Part shown: one piece after another, positions 1 through 13,897 of the stretch
Layout: each line of letters opens with the position of its first letter
Position numbering within the stretch: position 1 is the stretch's first letter
Assembly: GCA_964016885.1 (NCBI GenBank)
Contig: OZ024741.1
Coordinates: 313,534,001-313,598,000, forward strand
Direction of reading: 5' to 3'
Source of the DNA: Eledone cirrhosa
Lineage: Eukaryota
Length of the DNA stretch: 64,000 nucleotides
Translations under genes and position numbers: made by a program
The notes under the pieces: generated by a model
Told to the model about the DNA's origin: nothing
The model's database searches: none
Seen by the model: only the letters and a program-made list of their open reading frames with translations

Positions 1-568
1 GATATATAGGAAAGGAACTGGCATCAATTCCATAAAATGTACATAATGCTGATCTTGTAGACACAATAGATGTAGTGGGATAGCAGGCAAACTAGCAGGT
101 AGGGAAAACTTCGTATGCAATAGATGTACAGGGAAAGTTGACAGTAGTAATCACTGTGATAGATTCATTTTTCCAATGCAGGTGGGTTCTATAGAAGTGG
201 TTGATAGCTTCCGGTACCCAGGTGATAAGATACGCATGGGAGGAAGGTGTTTCGCGTCCATATTATCTAGAATAAGGACGGGTTGAAAGAAGTTTATGGA
301 GTTTCGCCCTGTTTTGTTTCGTGGGGAAATTACAGTAGTTTTCCGATAATTTAGATAATTCAGTGAATCAGTATACCATTAACATAGTAACTATAATATT
401 AATACAAATAGGACCGCTTCTGAGGACAATGCAAGCTATGTACAGGGGTGCGGTCAGTAAAGTAACAATCGAAATGGAGTTTAGTGAGGAATTCCAGATA
501 CACGTAGGTGTACATCAAGGTTTCTCTCCTCAGCCCAAACTTGTTCATTATAGTCCCCCAACCATAAC
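1..568 (+). mobile_element. RTE-like LINE RT fragments (1-~307 and ~410-568)
   Basis: Homologous to 19012-19577; MYRGAVSKV...FQIHVGVHQG RT motif. Confidence 0.75.
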
Positions 569-773
569 ATAATATTATTAACATTGCATTTAATTGAACT
601 AAAAATCCTAGTATTGTTTATAAAGGATCGATATAATATTAAATAAATCTACAACTTCATTTGTTTAGCACAATACCAGATTTAATCTTGAAATTTAATA
701 TAAAATTATATCATTGATATATGTACGTAATTAATGATATCTTCAACATTATCATATATCTTGATAATTTTAG

Positions 774-908
774 AATGCCCAGAAGGAAAGTTTGGTCTTG
801 CTTGTAATAGTACCTGCCATTGTATCAACAACGCGAACTGTGACAAGCGATATGGAATATGTTTAGATGGATGTTCTGCTGGTTATACTGGTTACAATTG
901 CCAAGAAG
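774..908 (+). CDS. EGF-like (laminin-type, 8-Cys) internal exon, type A copy 1
   Basis: TTTTAG|AATGC...CAAGAAG|GTATCT; 135 bp, phase 1-1; ECPEGKFGLACNSTCHCINNANCDKRYGICLDGCSAGYTGYNCQE. Confidence 0.85.
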
Positions 909-939
909 GTATCTCATATAATTTTTACGCAAGTATTAT

Positions 940-2441
<1,502 letters not shown>

Positions 2442-2442
2442 A

Positions 2443-2545
2443 CCGTATATGCCGGTGTAAAAGTTGATCCGCTGCATATTTCGACCTAATCAAATCATGT
2501 GGTAAAAATCAGGTTTAGGCCTATACACCCCAGTTTAGACGACAA
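2443..2545 (+). mobile_element. Tc2/pogo-like DNA transposon end relic after the post-exon microsatellite (recurs ~4341, 9232, 17604, 17733, 18143, 20334 and in later units)
   Basis: TA|CCGTATATGCCGGTGTAAAAGTTGATCCG resembles CCGTA-type TIRs; partial internal inverted copy; no complete opposite end or transposase. Confidence 0.4.
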
Positions 2546-2874
2546 CATTGGTATAAGGGATTACCTTCTCCTCAGCCTTAGATATGTTTGCCGTTGTTTA
2601 TTTGCATGAAACAGAAAACATTAAAATCAACACTAAATAGTTGTAAAATAAAAAAAATGCCTGTGAAGAAAGTAAAAGTTGCAAAATTTATTTTTCAGTT
2701 AACAAAATGATTTAACTGAACTGATTTATTAGTAAACAATATCCTACGACACCTTGACTTAATACGCGTGAATTTTAAAAACCTGAATATTCCTTATCCA
2801 ATGTGTATCTGCTTAGATGGCGATATATATTTACTTTCGTCCTGTTTAGTTTCATGGGAAACTACAGTAGTTTT

Positions 2875-3440
2875 CCGATAAGCATGGGAGGAGGGTGTTC
2901 CGCGTCCTTAGTATCTAGAATAAGGACGAATTGGAAGGAGATTATGGAGCTTCTTCCTCTGTTGACAAAGAAGCGTTTCTCCATGCGTACAAAGGGACGG
3001 TTATATGATACCTGTGTGAGATGAATGGTTGCTGCATGGTAGTTTGAAATGGATTGCAACTGCTGAAGTTAAGCGACGGCTTAAGAGAAATGAAACAAGT
3101 ATGCTCCATTGGATGTGCAATTTTAATATGCGTGAACGACAAAACATAGACGCGTTGACAAGAAAACTGTGTATAATAGGGATAAGTTGTTGTGTGCAGG
3201 AGAGAAGGCTGACATGGTATGGACATATGATGTGCATGGAGGATGAGCGCTGGGTGAAGAAGTGCCAGGAAGTCCAAGTGGAGCGAAGACGCAGTGGAGG
3301 TATATCACGAAAAACATGGGCGGTGCCGGTGAAACTCACCAAGGAGATGACAAAGGACCGTACCAGGTTGGGAGATGATGTGCTGAATAGAATCCGTCCA
3401 ACTATTGCAAGCAGGGAAAAGCGGGCGGAAAATGATATTA
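2875..3440 (+). mobile_element. RTE-like LINE 3' fragment
   Basis: RIRTNWK..ELLPLL...KGRLYDTCVR; RRLTWYGHMM, typical of the RTE post-RT region. Confidence 0.75.
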
Positions 3441-3553
3441 AATAAAAATGCTTGTGAAGAAAGTACAAGTTAGAAATGATACGTGTGTGTGAGATGGGGG
3501 CGTGTGTGTGGGTGTGTGTGTGCGTGTGTGTGCGTGTGCGTGTGTGCGTGTGT

Positions 3554-3601
<48 letters not shown>

Positions 3602-4047
3602 ATTTCAAAGTAAAAATGTCGCAAATACATATCGTAGTAACTCATAAAATAGGGTGTAAATTTGAAGGTTTATATATGTTGTTTCTCATGGTATTGTTTG
3701 TTTCTTTCATTATGTTGTATATATATATATTATATGTATATATATGTATGTATGTATGTATATATAAGTATGTATGTATATATGTGTGTGTGTATGTGTG
3801 CATTTATATATATATATATAACATATATATATATACAGTATATATTATATATATGTAAAAGGTAAACGGAAATAACAAGACAATCGGTGCAGTATATGGA
3901 AGGGATATATTAGGTTAACGTTTGTTATAGCAGGAATAGCGTCTCAGCATTTTGGACACTAGTCCTTCATTAGAAGAAACAATGAGAAATAAAATAGATT
4001 GAGGGGGCAGTTGAATTGGAATTGGAATAAAAATAACAGGTTCATCT

Positions 4048-4101
4048 GAACATGTTCAGATGGATGTTCGGCAGGTTATATTGGTGTCAATTGCCAAGAA
4101 G
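4048..4101 (+). pseudogene. Half exon, type C copy 1 (3' 54 bp of an EGF exon)
   Basis: Only TCSDGCSAGYIGVNCQE plus GT donor remain; acceptor and first 81 nt are absent relative to the type G paralogue. Confidence 0.8.
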
Positions 4102-4146
4102 GTATCTCATAAAATTGTTACGTACTTACTATACACACACATATTC

Positions 4147-4299
<153 letters not shown>

Positions 4300-5104
4300 T
4301 TCGTATATATTTAATTATATATAATAAAATTATATATATACCTTATATGCCGGTATGAAAGTTGATGCGCTGCATAAGTCCACCCATCAAATTTTGTGGT
4401 GTAATTCAGGTGGAGGCCTATATACGCCGGTTGAGGCGGCACCCCAGGTAAAAGCTTTACCATCTCCTCAGCCGTAGATATGCTTGCCGTTGTTTATTTG
4501 CACAAAATATAAAATATGGAAATAAACACTAAATAGTTGTAAAATTAAAATGCATGTGAGGAAAGTACAATTTGTAAAATTTATATTTCATTTCACAAAT
4601 AGATTTAACTGAACTGTTTTATTAGTAAACAACATCCTACCACACCGTCACTTGATATGCGCTAATTTAAAAAAAACCTAAATATTCCTTATCCAATGTG
4701 TATCAGCATTACATGGCGATATATTTTTTATTTCGACGTGTTTGTTTCATGGAAAAATCACAGCAGATTTTCCAATAGTTTCGATAATTCAGTGAATCAG
4801 TATACCATTAATCCCATAACTATGATATTCATGATAATATTATATCTATTTTGGAAGGATTATACATGTTGTTTTTCTAATAATATTGTTTGTTTCTTTT
4901 ATAATGTTATTAACATTGCATTTAACTGAACTAAAAATCCATCTATAATTTATAGAAGATCGATATAACATTCAATATTTCTACAAGTTAATTCGTTTAT
5001 CCCAAGCCCACTTTAATCTTGATAGTTGCTATCAAATCGCATCAATGATTTTTGTATGTAATTAATGATATCTTCAACTTTATCATATATATTGATATAT
5101 TTAG

Positions 5105-5239
5105 AATGCCGAGAAGGAAATTTTGGTGTTGCTTGTTATGGGACATGCCATTGTATCAACAACATGAACTGTGACAAGCGAAATGGAAGATGTTCAGATG
5201 GATGTTCTGCAGGTTATACTGGTGACAATTGCCAAGAAG
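5105..5239 (+). CDS. EGF-like exon, type D copy 1
   Basis: AG/GT flanked, 135 bp; ECREGNFGVACYGTCHCINNMNCDKRNGRCSDGCSAGYTGDNCQE. Confidence 0.85.
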
Positions 5240-5364
5240 GTATCTCATAACAATGTTACGTACTTATTAGACACACAAACACACACATACATATACAAAC
5301 ACACACACACAGAGACACACATATAAACATATTTATATATATTTATATATATATATATATATAT

Positions 5365-8300
5365 GGGGTAACAAGTTATCGTTATAGGTAATCCAGTTAG
5401 ATGTTGTGAGTACTCTGCGTCGTGGATAGTTTTAACGTACGGCTTTGCTTAACTCAACAATATGTTTCCATAGTTAGAGAGCGAGTTCGCGGTAAATCCT
5501 ATGTAGGTTCCACTTGGAGTAATAATAGTGAAAGTATGAAGAGTAACATCGTTGGCTGTGCAACAAGGAGTTTTATGTCAGGTATTGACAATTGTTTCAT
5601 TGATCAGGTGAGTCTAGAGGTCGCTAATCGCTTGAAGTTGCTCAATTCGATCTCCATTATATTATTTACTTTAAACCAACTCCTCAGAATACAAAAAACA
5701 ATTCACTCAAGGCAATATATATAGAGAGAAATAGAGTATAATCAAAACAATAACATCAATAATAAAATATATATGATACATAGGTAGAGAGGTTACAGAT
5801 GTAAATGTATAATGTAAAAGATAAGAAAAAGGGTACAGTAAAAAGTAAGGAAATGGAAAAAATATAAATAAATAAGGATAAGTGAGATCATGTAAGTACA
5901 GTATATGATAGTGGTAGTAGAGAGTCTGATGTAGTGAGAGATAAAAGAAAAAGCATAAATTACAGATTAATTGGGAGGTACTAGTATGAGATTTAAGGGT
6001 AAGGGTGGATGGTGAAGGGAGCTTTGACAAATGTGTGTAGCAAATATTTTGCTGATGGTCCTGTCTTAATGGATGTGATGCTGTTTCAGGAGAGCGGGTG
6101 AAATAGATGTTAAGGCACCTAAGAGTGGTGTGATTGTGTCTATTGCATACGTTGAAATTCTGGTGGTTCAGTTCTAAATTTGGTATTGTTGGCTCGAATC
6201 ACGTGGTTTAAAACTTGTGAACTTGGTAGCTATTTTATGCCTACAGAAAATTGATCTTTCTAATTTGCTGTTAAGCAGCATCTTATCGTACCTTAAAATA
6301 TGGAATAGCTCCATATTACAAAGTCTGCAGTGGGACATTCCATTGTCGTTAGCCCTTGCTTCTGATATTTGGACCAGCTAATCCCATATTCCTGGTTTGT
6401 GGTTTTAAGCTGCAACATTTTATCGGGTTGCGTCGTAGAATTATATAGTCTACGGTTCTTCATGGAGTGTCTGTGGACGTACCACCTTTTTTTTAACTCC
6501 CCAGCCGTGGAACCTATGTAGTGCCAAGTAGAGTTGCCTGAATTTACAGTCCACAGGTATACCATACTCGAATCCACGCATCTATTTTGCAGTGTGCACT
6601 TATCCGGTAGGTGGCAATTACAGTTGGAGGCTTTTTTTGTGCCGCTTCTCCGTTGCGGTTTTGTATGTTCGTTGTGGGTGGGTTGATATTTAGGCCAATT
6701 AGTGTTTTGTTATGATGCGCCCTAGTGTATGTGTGGTTGGGATGTTATGTGTTTGCGTTTTGTATTTGGTGCTATGATGTATATTGGTAGGTTATTTTTT
6801 TAGAGATGTTTTTTGTGGTTGATTTTACGTATGTGTGATTCTATGTTGGCTGCAGTAGAGTAAGATTGTTTGATAGTTCTTCTATTAAAGAATCTATGGT
6901 ATTTGAGTAGATTAACAAATTGTTTGTCTATTAGCTTAAATAATGTAGAAGACAGTTTGGTTTTTATAGAGGACTTGGATATTGGATTGAACCATAGGTA
7001 TTTTGTATCATAGGTATCTTCTATGCTTAGTCCTATGCTTGTTATTTCATAAGGTGTGGGTAGTGTAGTTTTCGTTAGGGTTGTTGCTGCTGTCCCTATC
7101 TGGTATGTTCTCCAACCCCTCTTTACGTCCTGCCTTATGTAAAGCTATATTATAATACTTTGCGTGTTCGTTAAAAATCTCTAGGTTAGAAGGTAGGCTG
7201 CATATTCTGAAGGATATACTATGTGCTATGGTGTTAATTATGGATCGGGGGTGGTCGTTAATTATGGATCGGGGGTGGTTGTTATTTTTATGGAAGGGCT
7301 CTATTAATCTGGTGATGAGGTTGAGTGTTACATCTAAGATGTTTGATTTTTTAGAATTAAGTTCGAACGTAATACCTAGGCCTAGTTTGTTAAAGAAGAC
7401 TCTGATGTTTTTTCGTAAATTTTCCATGTTTTGATTATTTAAGTTTTTGTCTAAAAGGAATCTGTCATCTCTATAAATTCATCCCTCGTGGTTATTGAAT
7501 TCCTTATGTAAGTTGTGCGCTATATATATTCACACGAATTCCGTTACCTGTGCTGAGTCGTTAGATCCCATTGTCATATTGAAGCTATTCTGTCTATTCT
7601 TACATTCCCAGTAACTATTTTCGAATCTAATGTTAGTTCTCCTAGTATAATTATTATTTTAATTTCGTCCGAGGTAAGGTACGAATTTTCCTGGGCAAAG
7701 GTTAGCGCTTTATCTAGGGTGAGTGGGGATATGGATGAGTAGTAGTCATCAATGTGGAACTGTAGGAAGTTGGATGTTTCTCTACTGTCTATTTTGCTGA
7801 ACCAGTCTATTGCTTCGTTAGTGTTACCCCATACCTTAATTAGTAGTTCGTCCTTGATTTGTGCGATTACACTATCTAGTATATAGTTGGCAATTCTATC
7901 TATATACGACTTCGATGGGCATATTAATCTAATTGCGGGGTCTATTTCGAAATTATATTTGTGATCCTTTAGGTTAAATGTGGGGTTACAAGGTGCTAGA
8001 GGCTTGGTTCTATCAGATATTTTCAGTTTTTAGAATGCTAAGTCCTTCTTTAATAATGCTAGTGAGTGCAGATTCTGTTGTTTGTTTGTATTTTTTGTGC
8101 AGTTCACGACGTACACAATTATTGTATGTATTAAGTCTCATGGTTTATTTGCTTCAAGTTTTATCTCCTTTTACTATAATACCGTTGGCGTTGCATAGTT
8201 CTTTTAGAAGTGTATTGATGTCGTTTTACAATTTGTTGTGATGTGTCATTACTTTGAATTTGGTTCCACCTATCATGTTCATGAGGTCGAGTTCGAAGGC

Positions 8301-9226
8301 ATCGAGCTGGGGGTTATTCGGAGGATTTTTCAGGATTTGAATCCGTATATTTTCCTAGTAATTTCCTCCGTGTTATTAGCGTGTCCTTTATCATAATGAT
8401 AGGCCTTCCATCGGATTCGACGAATGGTGTCATTAGTCCTTGTTAGTATGTATAGGTATGTTTTTCAATGACATATCTATGTGGTGATTTTCCATTTTAG
8501 TGCCGTGCGTTAAAGTTGTTGCTCAACCTAGTGGGAGCTGGGTATATGGGGTAACAAGTTATCCTTATAGGTAATCCAGTTAGAGGTTGTCAGTACTCTG
8601 CGTCATGGATAGTTTTAACGTACTGCTTTGTTTAACTTAACAAGATGTTTCCATAGTTAGGCAGCGAGTTCGCGGTAATTCCTATGTAGGTTCTACTTGG
8701 AGTAATAATAGTGAAAGTATGAAGAGTAACATGGTTGGTTGTACATCAAGGGACTTTGCACGTTTCGAATATGACTTTTTATGTTAGCAAAAAACCCACC
8801 ACACAATCCTTATACGAACAACACTTACTCACCACCACCACTATCATACTCTGTACTTACATGGTCTCACTTATTCTTATTACTTTATATTTTTCCATTT
8901 TCTTAATTTTTTACTGTATCTTTTTTCTTATCTTTTACTTTTTATATTTTACATCTGTAACCTCTCTACCTATTATCATATATATTTTATTATTGTTGTT
9001 ATTGTTTTGATTATACGCTATTTCTCTCTATATATCTTGCCTTGAGAGAATTGCTTTTGTATTATGTGGAGTTGGTTAAAGGTAAATAATGTAATGGAGA
9101 TCGAGTGCCGCAACTTCGAGCGATTATCGAGCTCTAGACTCACCTGATCAATAAAGCAAGTGTCAATGCCTGAAATAAGGCCCCGTGTTGTACAGCCAAC
9201 CATGTTAACCTTCATCCTTTCACTAT
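5365..9226 (-). mobile_element. Penelope-like retroelement family 1, decayed, with direct and inverted pseudo-LTRs
   Basis: Minus-strand RT motifs (DDYYSSI, MGSNDS, YRDD, LDVTLNL, HPRSII) followed by GIY-YIG (VYLWTV...HYIGSTAGELKKRW); 5365-5550 repeated directly at 8548; ~5525-5935 inverted at ~8810-9226. Confidence 0.85.
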
Positions 9227-10003
9227 ATACACCCTATATTCCGGTGTAAATCTTGATCCGCTGCATATGTCGTCCCATCAAATATTATGGTGTAAGTTAT
9301 GTTGAAGCCTATAGACACCGGTTGATACGACACACCAGGTATAAGCCATTATCATCTGGCCAGCCGCAGATATGCTTGCCGTTAACAAAAGGATTTAACT
9401 GAAGTGTTTTATTAGTAAACAATATGCTATCACACCCTGACTTGATAGGCGGAATTTTTAAAAACCTAAATACTCTTTATCCAGTGTGTATCATTGTTAC
9501 GTGGCGATATGATTTTACTTTCGACCTGTTTTGTTTTGTGGCGAAATTACCGGAGATTTTCCGATAGTTTAGATAATTCAGTGAATCAGTATACCATTCA
9601 TATTATAACTATGATATTCATGATAATATTATAGATATATATGTGTGTATATATTTATGTATGTATGTATTTATGTATGTGTGTGTGTATGTGTGTATGT
9701 ATGCATATATATATATATACAGTATATTATTGTAGAATATGGTAATATTTGGAAGGATTATATATGATATTTTTCTTATAGTATTGTTTGTTACTTTCAT
9801 AATGTTATTAATATTGCATTTAATTGAACTAAAAATCCAAGTATTTTTTTATAAAGGATCGATATAATATTCAATAAATCTACAACTTAATTTGTTTAGC
9901 ACAAGACCACTTTATTCTTGAAATTTGATATAAAATTGTATCATTGATATATGTATGTAATTAATGATATCTTCAACATTATCATATATATTGTTAATTT
10001 TAG

Positions 10004-10138
10004 AATGTCGAGCAGGAATGTTTGGTGTTGCTTGTAATGGGACCTGCCATTGTATCAACAACACGAACTGTAACAAGCGAAATGGCACATGTTTAGATGG
10101 ATGTTCTGCAGGTTATGCTGGTGTCAATTGCCAAGAAG
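10004..10138 (+). CDS. EGF-like exon, type E copy 1
   Basis: AG/GT flanked, 135 bp; ECRAGMFGVACNGTCHCINNTNCNKRNGTCLDGCSAGYAGVNCQE. Confidence 0.85.
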
Positions 10139-10207
10139 GTATTGTTACGTAATTATTATACACACGCACACACACATACACACACATACACACACACAAA
10201 CACACAA

Positions 10208-10260
<53 letters not shown>

Positions 10261-10474
10261 AATACATTTATATATATACCGTATATGACTTGTACGCGGG
10301 AATTTTTTAAAACCTAAATATTCCTTATCTAATGTGTATCAGCTTAGATGGCGATATATATTTACTGTCGTCCTGTTTTGTTTCGTGGGGAAATTACAGT
10401 AGTTTTTCGATAATTTAGAAAATTCAGTGAATCAGTATACCATTAATATAATAATGATAATATTAATACTAATA

Positions 10475-11610
10475 GAAATCGCTTGTGAGGACAATGCAAG
10501 CTACGTACAGGGGTGCTGTAAGTAAAGTGATAATAGAAATGGAGTTTGTGAGGAATTCCATATAAAAGTACGTGTACATCAAGGTTCGCTCCTCAGCCCA
10601 ATCTTGTTAATTATAGTCCTCCAAGCCATAACAGAGGAGTTTAAGACTGGCTGCCCATGGAATCATCTCTATGCTGATGATCTGGTTCTTATAGCAGATT
10701 CAGTAGAGGAGCTAGATAATAAATTATGTCTATTGTAACAGCAGTTGGAATCAAGAGGCCTGAGACTGAACATAGCTAATCAAAAGCGTTGATAAGTAGA
10801 ATAGAGGACAATGCTCTGATTCCATCGGGGAATTGGCCATGATAGATATATAGGAATGGAACTGACATGAATTCCATGAAATCTACGCAATGCTGATCTT
10901 GGAGACACAAGAGATGTAGTGGGATAGCCGGCAAACTAACAGGTAGGGAAAACTACGTATGCAATAGAGGTACAGGGAAAGTTGGCAGTAGTAATCGCTG
11001 CGATAGACTCATTTTTCAAATGCAGGTGGGTTCTATAGAAGAGGTTGTTAGCTTCCGGTACCTAGGTGATGAGATAAGCATGGGAGGAGGGTTTTTCGCG
11101 TCCATAGTATCTAGAATAAGAACGGGTTGAAAGAAGTTTATGGAGCTACTTCCTCTGTTGACAAAAAAGTCTTTCTCCCTGCGTAGAAAATGATGGTTAT
11201 ATGATACGAGGATGCTGCATGGTAGTTAGAAATGGACACAACTGCTGGAGATTTGCGACGGCTGGAGGAAAATGAAGCAGGTATGCACAGTTGGAGGGGC
11301 AATTTTAATGTGCGTCAACGACAAAGCATAGACGAGCTGAATATAAGAGGGATAAGTTGTGGTGTGCAGGAGAGAAGGCTGAGATGATATGTACATATGA
11401 TGTGCATGGAGGATGAGCGCTGGGTGAAGAAGTGCCAGGAAGTCCAAGTGGAGGGAAGACGCAGTGGAGGTAGAGCATAAAAGACATGGCCGGAGCTGGT
11501 TAAACTCACCGAGGAGATGACAAAGGACCGTGACAAGTGGGGAGATGCTGTGCTGAATAGGACCCGTCCAACCATTGCAAGCAGGGAAAAGAGGGCGGAA
11601 AATGATAGTA
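10475..11610 (+). mobile_element. 5'-truncated decayed RTE-like LINE
   Basis: VHQGSLLSP, YADD (TATGCTGATGAT), FRYLG motifs; many stops and frameshifts. Confidence 0.8.
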
Positions 11611-11927
11611 AATAAAAATGAATGTGAAGAAAGTACAATTTGCCAAATATACTTTTCAGTTAACAAAATGATTTAACTGAACAGTTTTATTAGTAAACAA
11701 CATGCTACTACGCCATCACTTGATACGCGGTAAATTTAAAAAGCTAAATATTCCTTATCCAATGTGTATCATTATTACGTGGCGATATCATTTTACTCTC
11801 GACCTGTTTTGTTTCGTGGGAAAATTACCGGAGATTTTCCGATTGTTTAGATAATTCAGTGAATCAGTATACCATTCATATTATAACTATGATATTCATT
11901 ATAATATTATAGATATATAAGTGTGTG

Positions 11928-11959
<32 letters not shown>

Positions 11960-12430
11960 TGTATGTATGTATGCATGTTCCGCTGGTTTTATAATTTTAC
12001 AAAGTTTTATCAATAGTGAGAGAGTCGGTTTCTAACATAAACACAAGACTCTCTCATTGGAATTAACACAACACCAACTAGGTAGATATATATGTATGCA
12101 TGCATGTGTAGATATGGATGTTATTGTATGTGTGGATGTGTATATGCTATGTATCTGTACATGTGCATATGTAGTTATTAGAGGCACAATTGTTGGAATG
12201 TTTTATATATTTTTACTGTTCCATTAATGGATTCTACTTGTAGTTTCCTAACTAGATGTTTATGTATGTATGTATGCATGTATGTATGTATGTATGTATG
12301 TATCATATATGTATGTGTGTGTGTATGTGTAAATGTATGCATTTATATATATACAGTATATAATATATATATATTTCGTTTCTGAATTTGTTTAGCAAGA
12401 TACTTTATCTGAAAACGTGTGTTGAATCCG

Positions 12431-12545
12431 ATATTGTTATGCTTTCGGAGGGTCATGTTGCCAATAAGAAACACCAGTAAATTGAAGTGAAAGAAACTGG
12501 TGCGTGTGTTTCTTATTGGCAACATGACCCTCCCAAAGCATAACA

Positions 12546-12549
<4 letters not shown>
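12431..12549. repeat. 119-bp palindrome / MITE-like element (also 35434-35551, 58398-58515)
   Basis: 44-bp arms ATATTGTTATGCTTTCGGAGGGTCATGTTGCCAATAAGAAACAC with one mismatch, plus inner CACCAGT/ACTGGTG. Confidence 0.85.
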
Positions 12550-12604
<55 letters not shown>

Positions 12605-12816
12605 TGTGTGATTGTGCGTATGTGTGTGTCTGGTTTTATTTACATGTAAGTATGACGCAAACACATATCGTAGTAACTGGTAGAATATGATAATATTTGG
12701 AACGCTTATATATCATTTTTTTTCTTATAATACTGATTGTTTCTTCCATAATGTTTTTAACATTGCATTTAACTGAACTAAAAAACACATGTATGTTTTA
12801 TAGAGAATCGTTATAA

Positions 12817-13448
12817 TCTATATATATAAAACTGAGGATGTCTGTCTGTGTGTGTGTCTGTGAGATTGAATCAATAAAACTCGAGAAGTACGAACCGATT
12901 TTTTTACATGAGTTTTACTTATGTTTCAGGGAATGTTATGTATATAAAAAAACAACTTTGTTGTTCCCCTAGGACCTGCATTAGGTGAAAAAGTGCATTT
13001 TATTTCAGATTTTAGGGATATTTTGAGGCGTTAAGTTAGACCAATTTTCTTGAAATTGTAACTATGTATAAGTCGGTCTTCTTCATACCGGGAGCAAAGA
13101 AAATCCAATTTTTGTATTGCCTGGGGTCCGCATTAGGTGAGAAATTCATTTTTTCATCCTTTTAGGGCTTTTTTTAGGCGTTACGTCTCGCAGAATTTCT
13201 CGAAACTTCAAGGCATATTATGCACATGAGAACAATTCATTTTCTTGATCCCCTAGGGTCCACATTAGGTTAAAACCTGCATTTTTCCTGCTTCATCGAG
13301 GAAAATCTTAAAGATTATCCAGCCATCAGAGTATTCGGTTTATTTTCTTTACATATTGTCCAGGCATGCATTTTTTCCAGGATCAAGGCTTTTGGCGACA
13401 CGCGTTCCAAAATAACTTATCCTGTGCAACGCCGGGTACCACTGCTAT
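12817..13448 (+). mobile_element. Non-autonomous Helitron-like element
   Basis: 5' TCTATATATATAAAA...(GTCT)n; 3' GC hairpin CC(T/C)GTGCAACGCCGGG then CTAT; inserted in A|T with no TSD; empty site TATAA|TATTCAATAAAT in paralogous introns. Confidence 0.75.
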
Positions 13449-13584
13449 TATTCAATAAATATGCAGGTTCATTTCTTTATCACAAGAGCACTTTAATCGT
13501 AACATTTTGTATAAAATTGTATCATTGATATCTGTATGTAATTAATGATATATGCAACATTATCACATATAGTGATATCTTTAG

Positions 13585-13716
13585 AATGCCGAGCAGGAAC
13601 GTTTGGTGCTTGTAATGGGACATGCCATTGTATCAACAGTATAAATTGTGACAAGTGAAATGGAACATGTTCAGATGAATGTTCTGCAGGTTATACTGTT
13701 ATCAATTGCCAAGAAT
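13585..13716 (+). pseudogene. Dead EGF exon, type F copy 1
   Basis: 3-bp deletion, CGA>TGA in-frame stop (CDK*NG), donor changed from GAAG|GT to GAAT|AT. Confidence 0.85.
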
Positions 13717-13792
13717 ATATCTCATAAAATTGTTACGTACTTACTACACACACGCACAACCACATACCCCCACACATATACATATATGTATA

Positions 13793-13884
<92 letters not shown>

Positions 13885-13897
13885 TATATATAATTAT

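Noticed and set aside
734-773. Hydrophobic 'MISSTLSYILIIL' leader before each EGF module, resembling a signal peptide of a small single-exon gene
   Set aside because: It is the translated branch/acceptor region: conserved TTTTAG and GAAG|GT define a 135-bp exon, and the ATG frame is disrupted in G2/G3 while the exon stays intact
5560-5615. Hammerhead-like CTGATCAATGAAACAATTGTC on the minus strand of the Penelope-1 pLTR
   Set aside because: Core mutated, no stem II or stem I, and GAAA is not kept in the inverted copy
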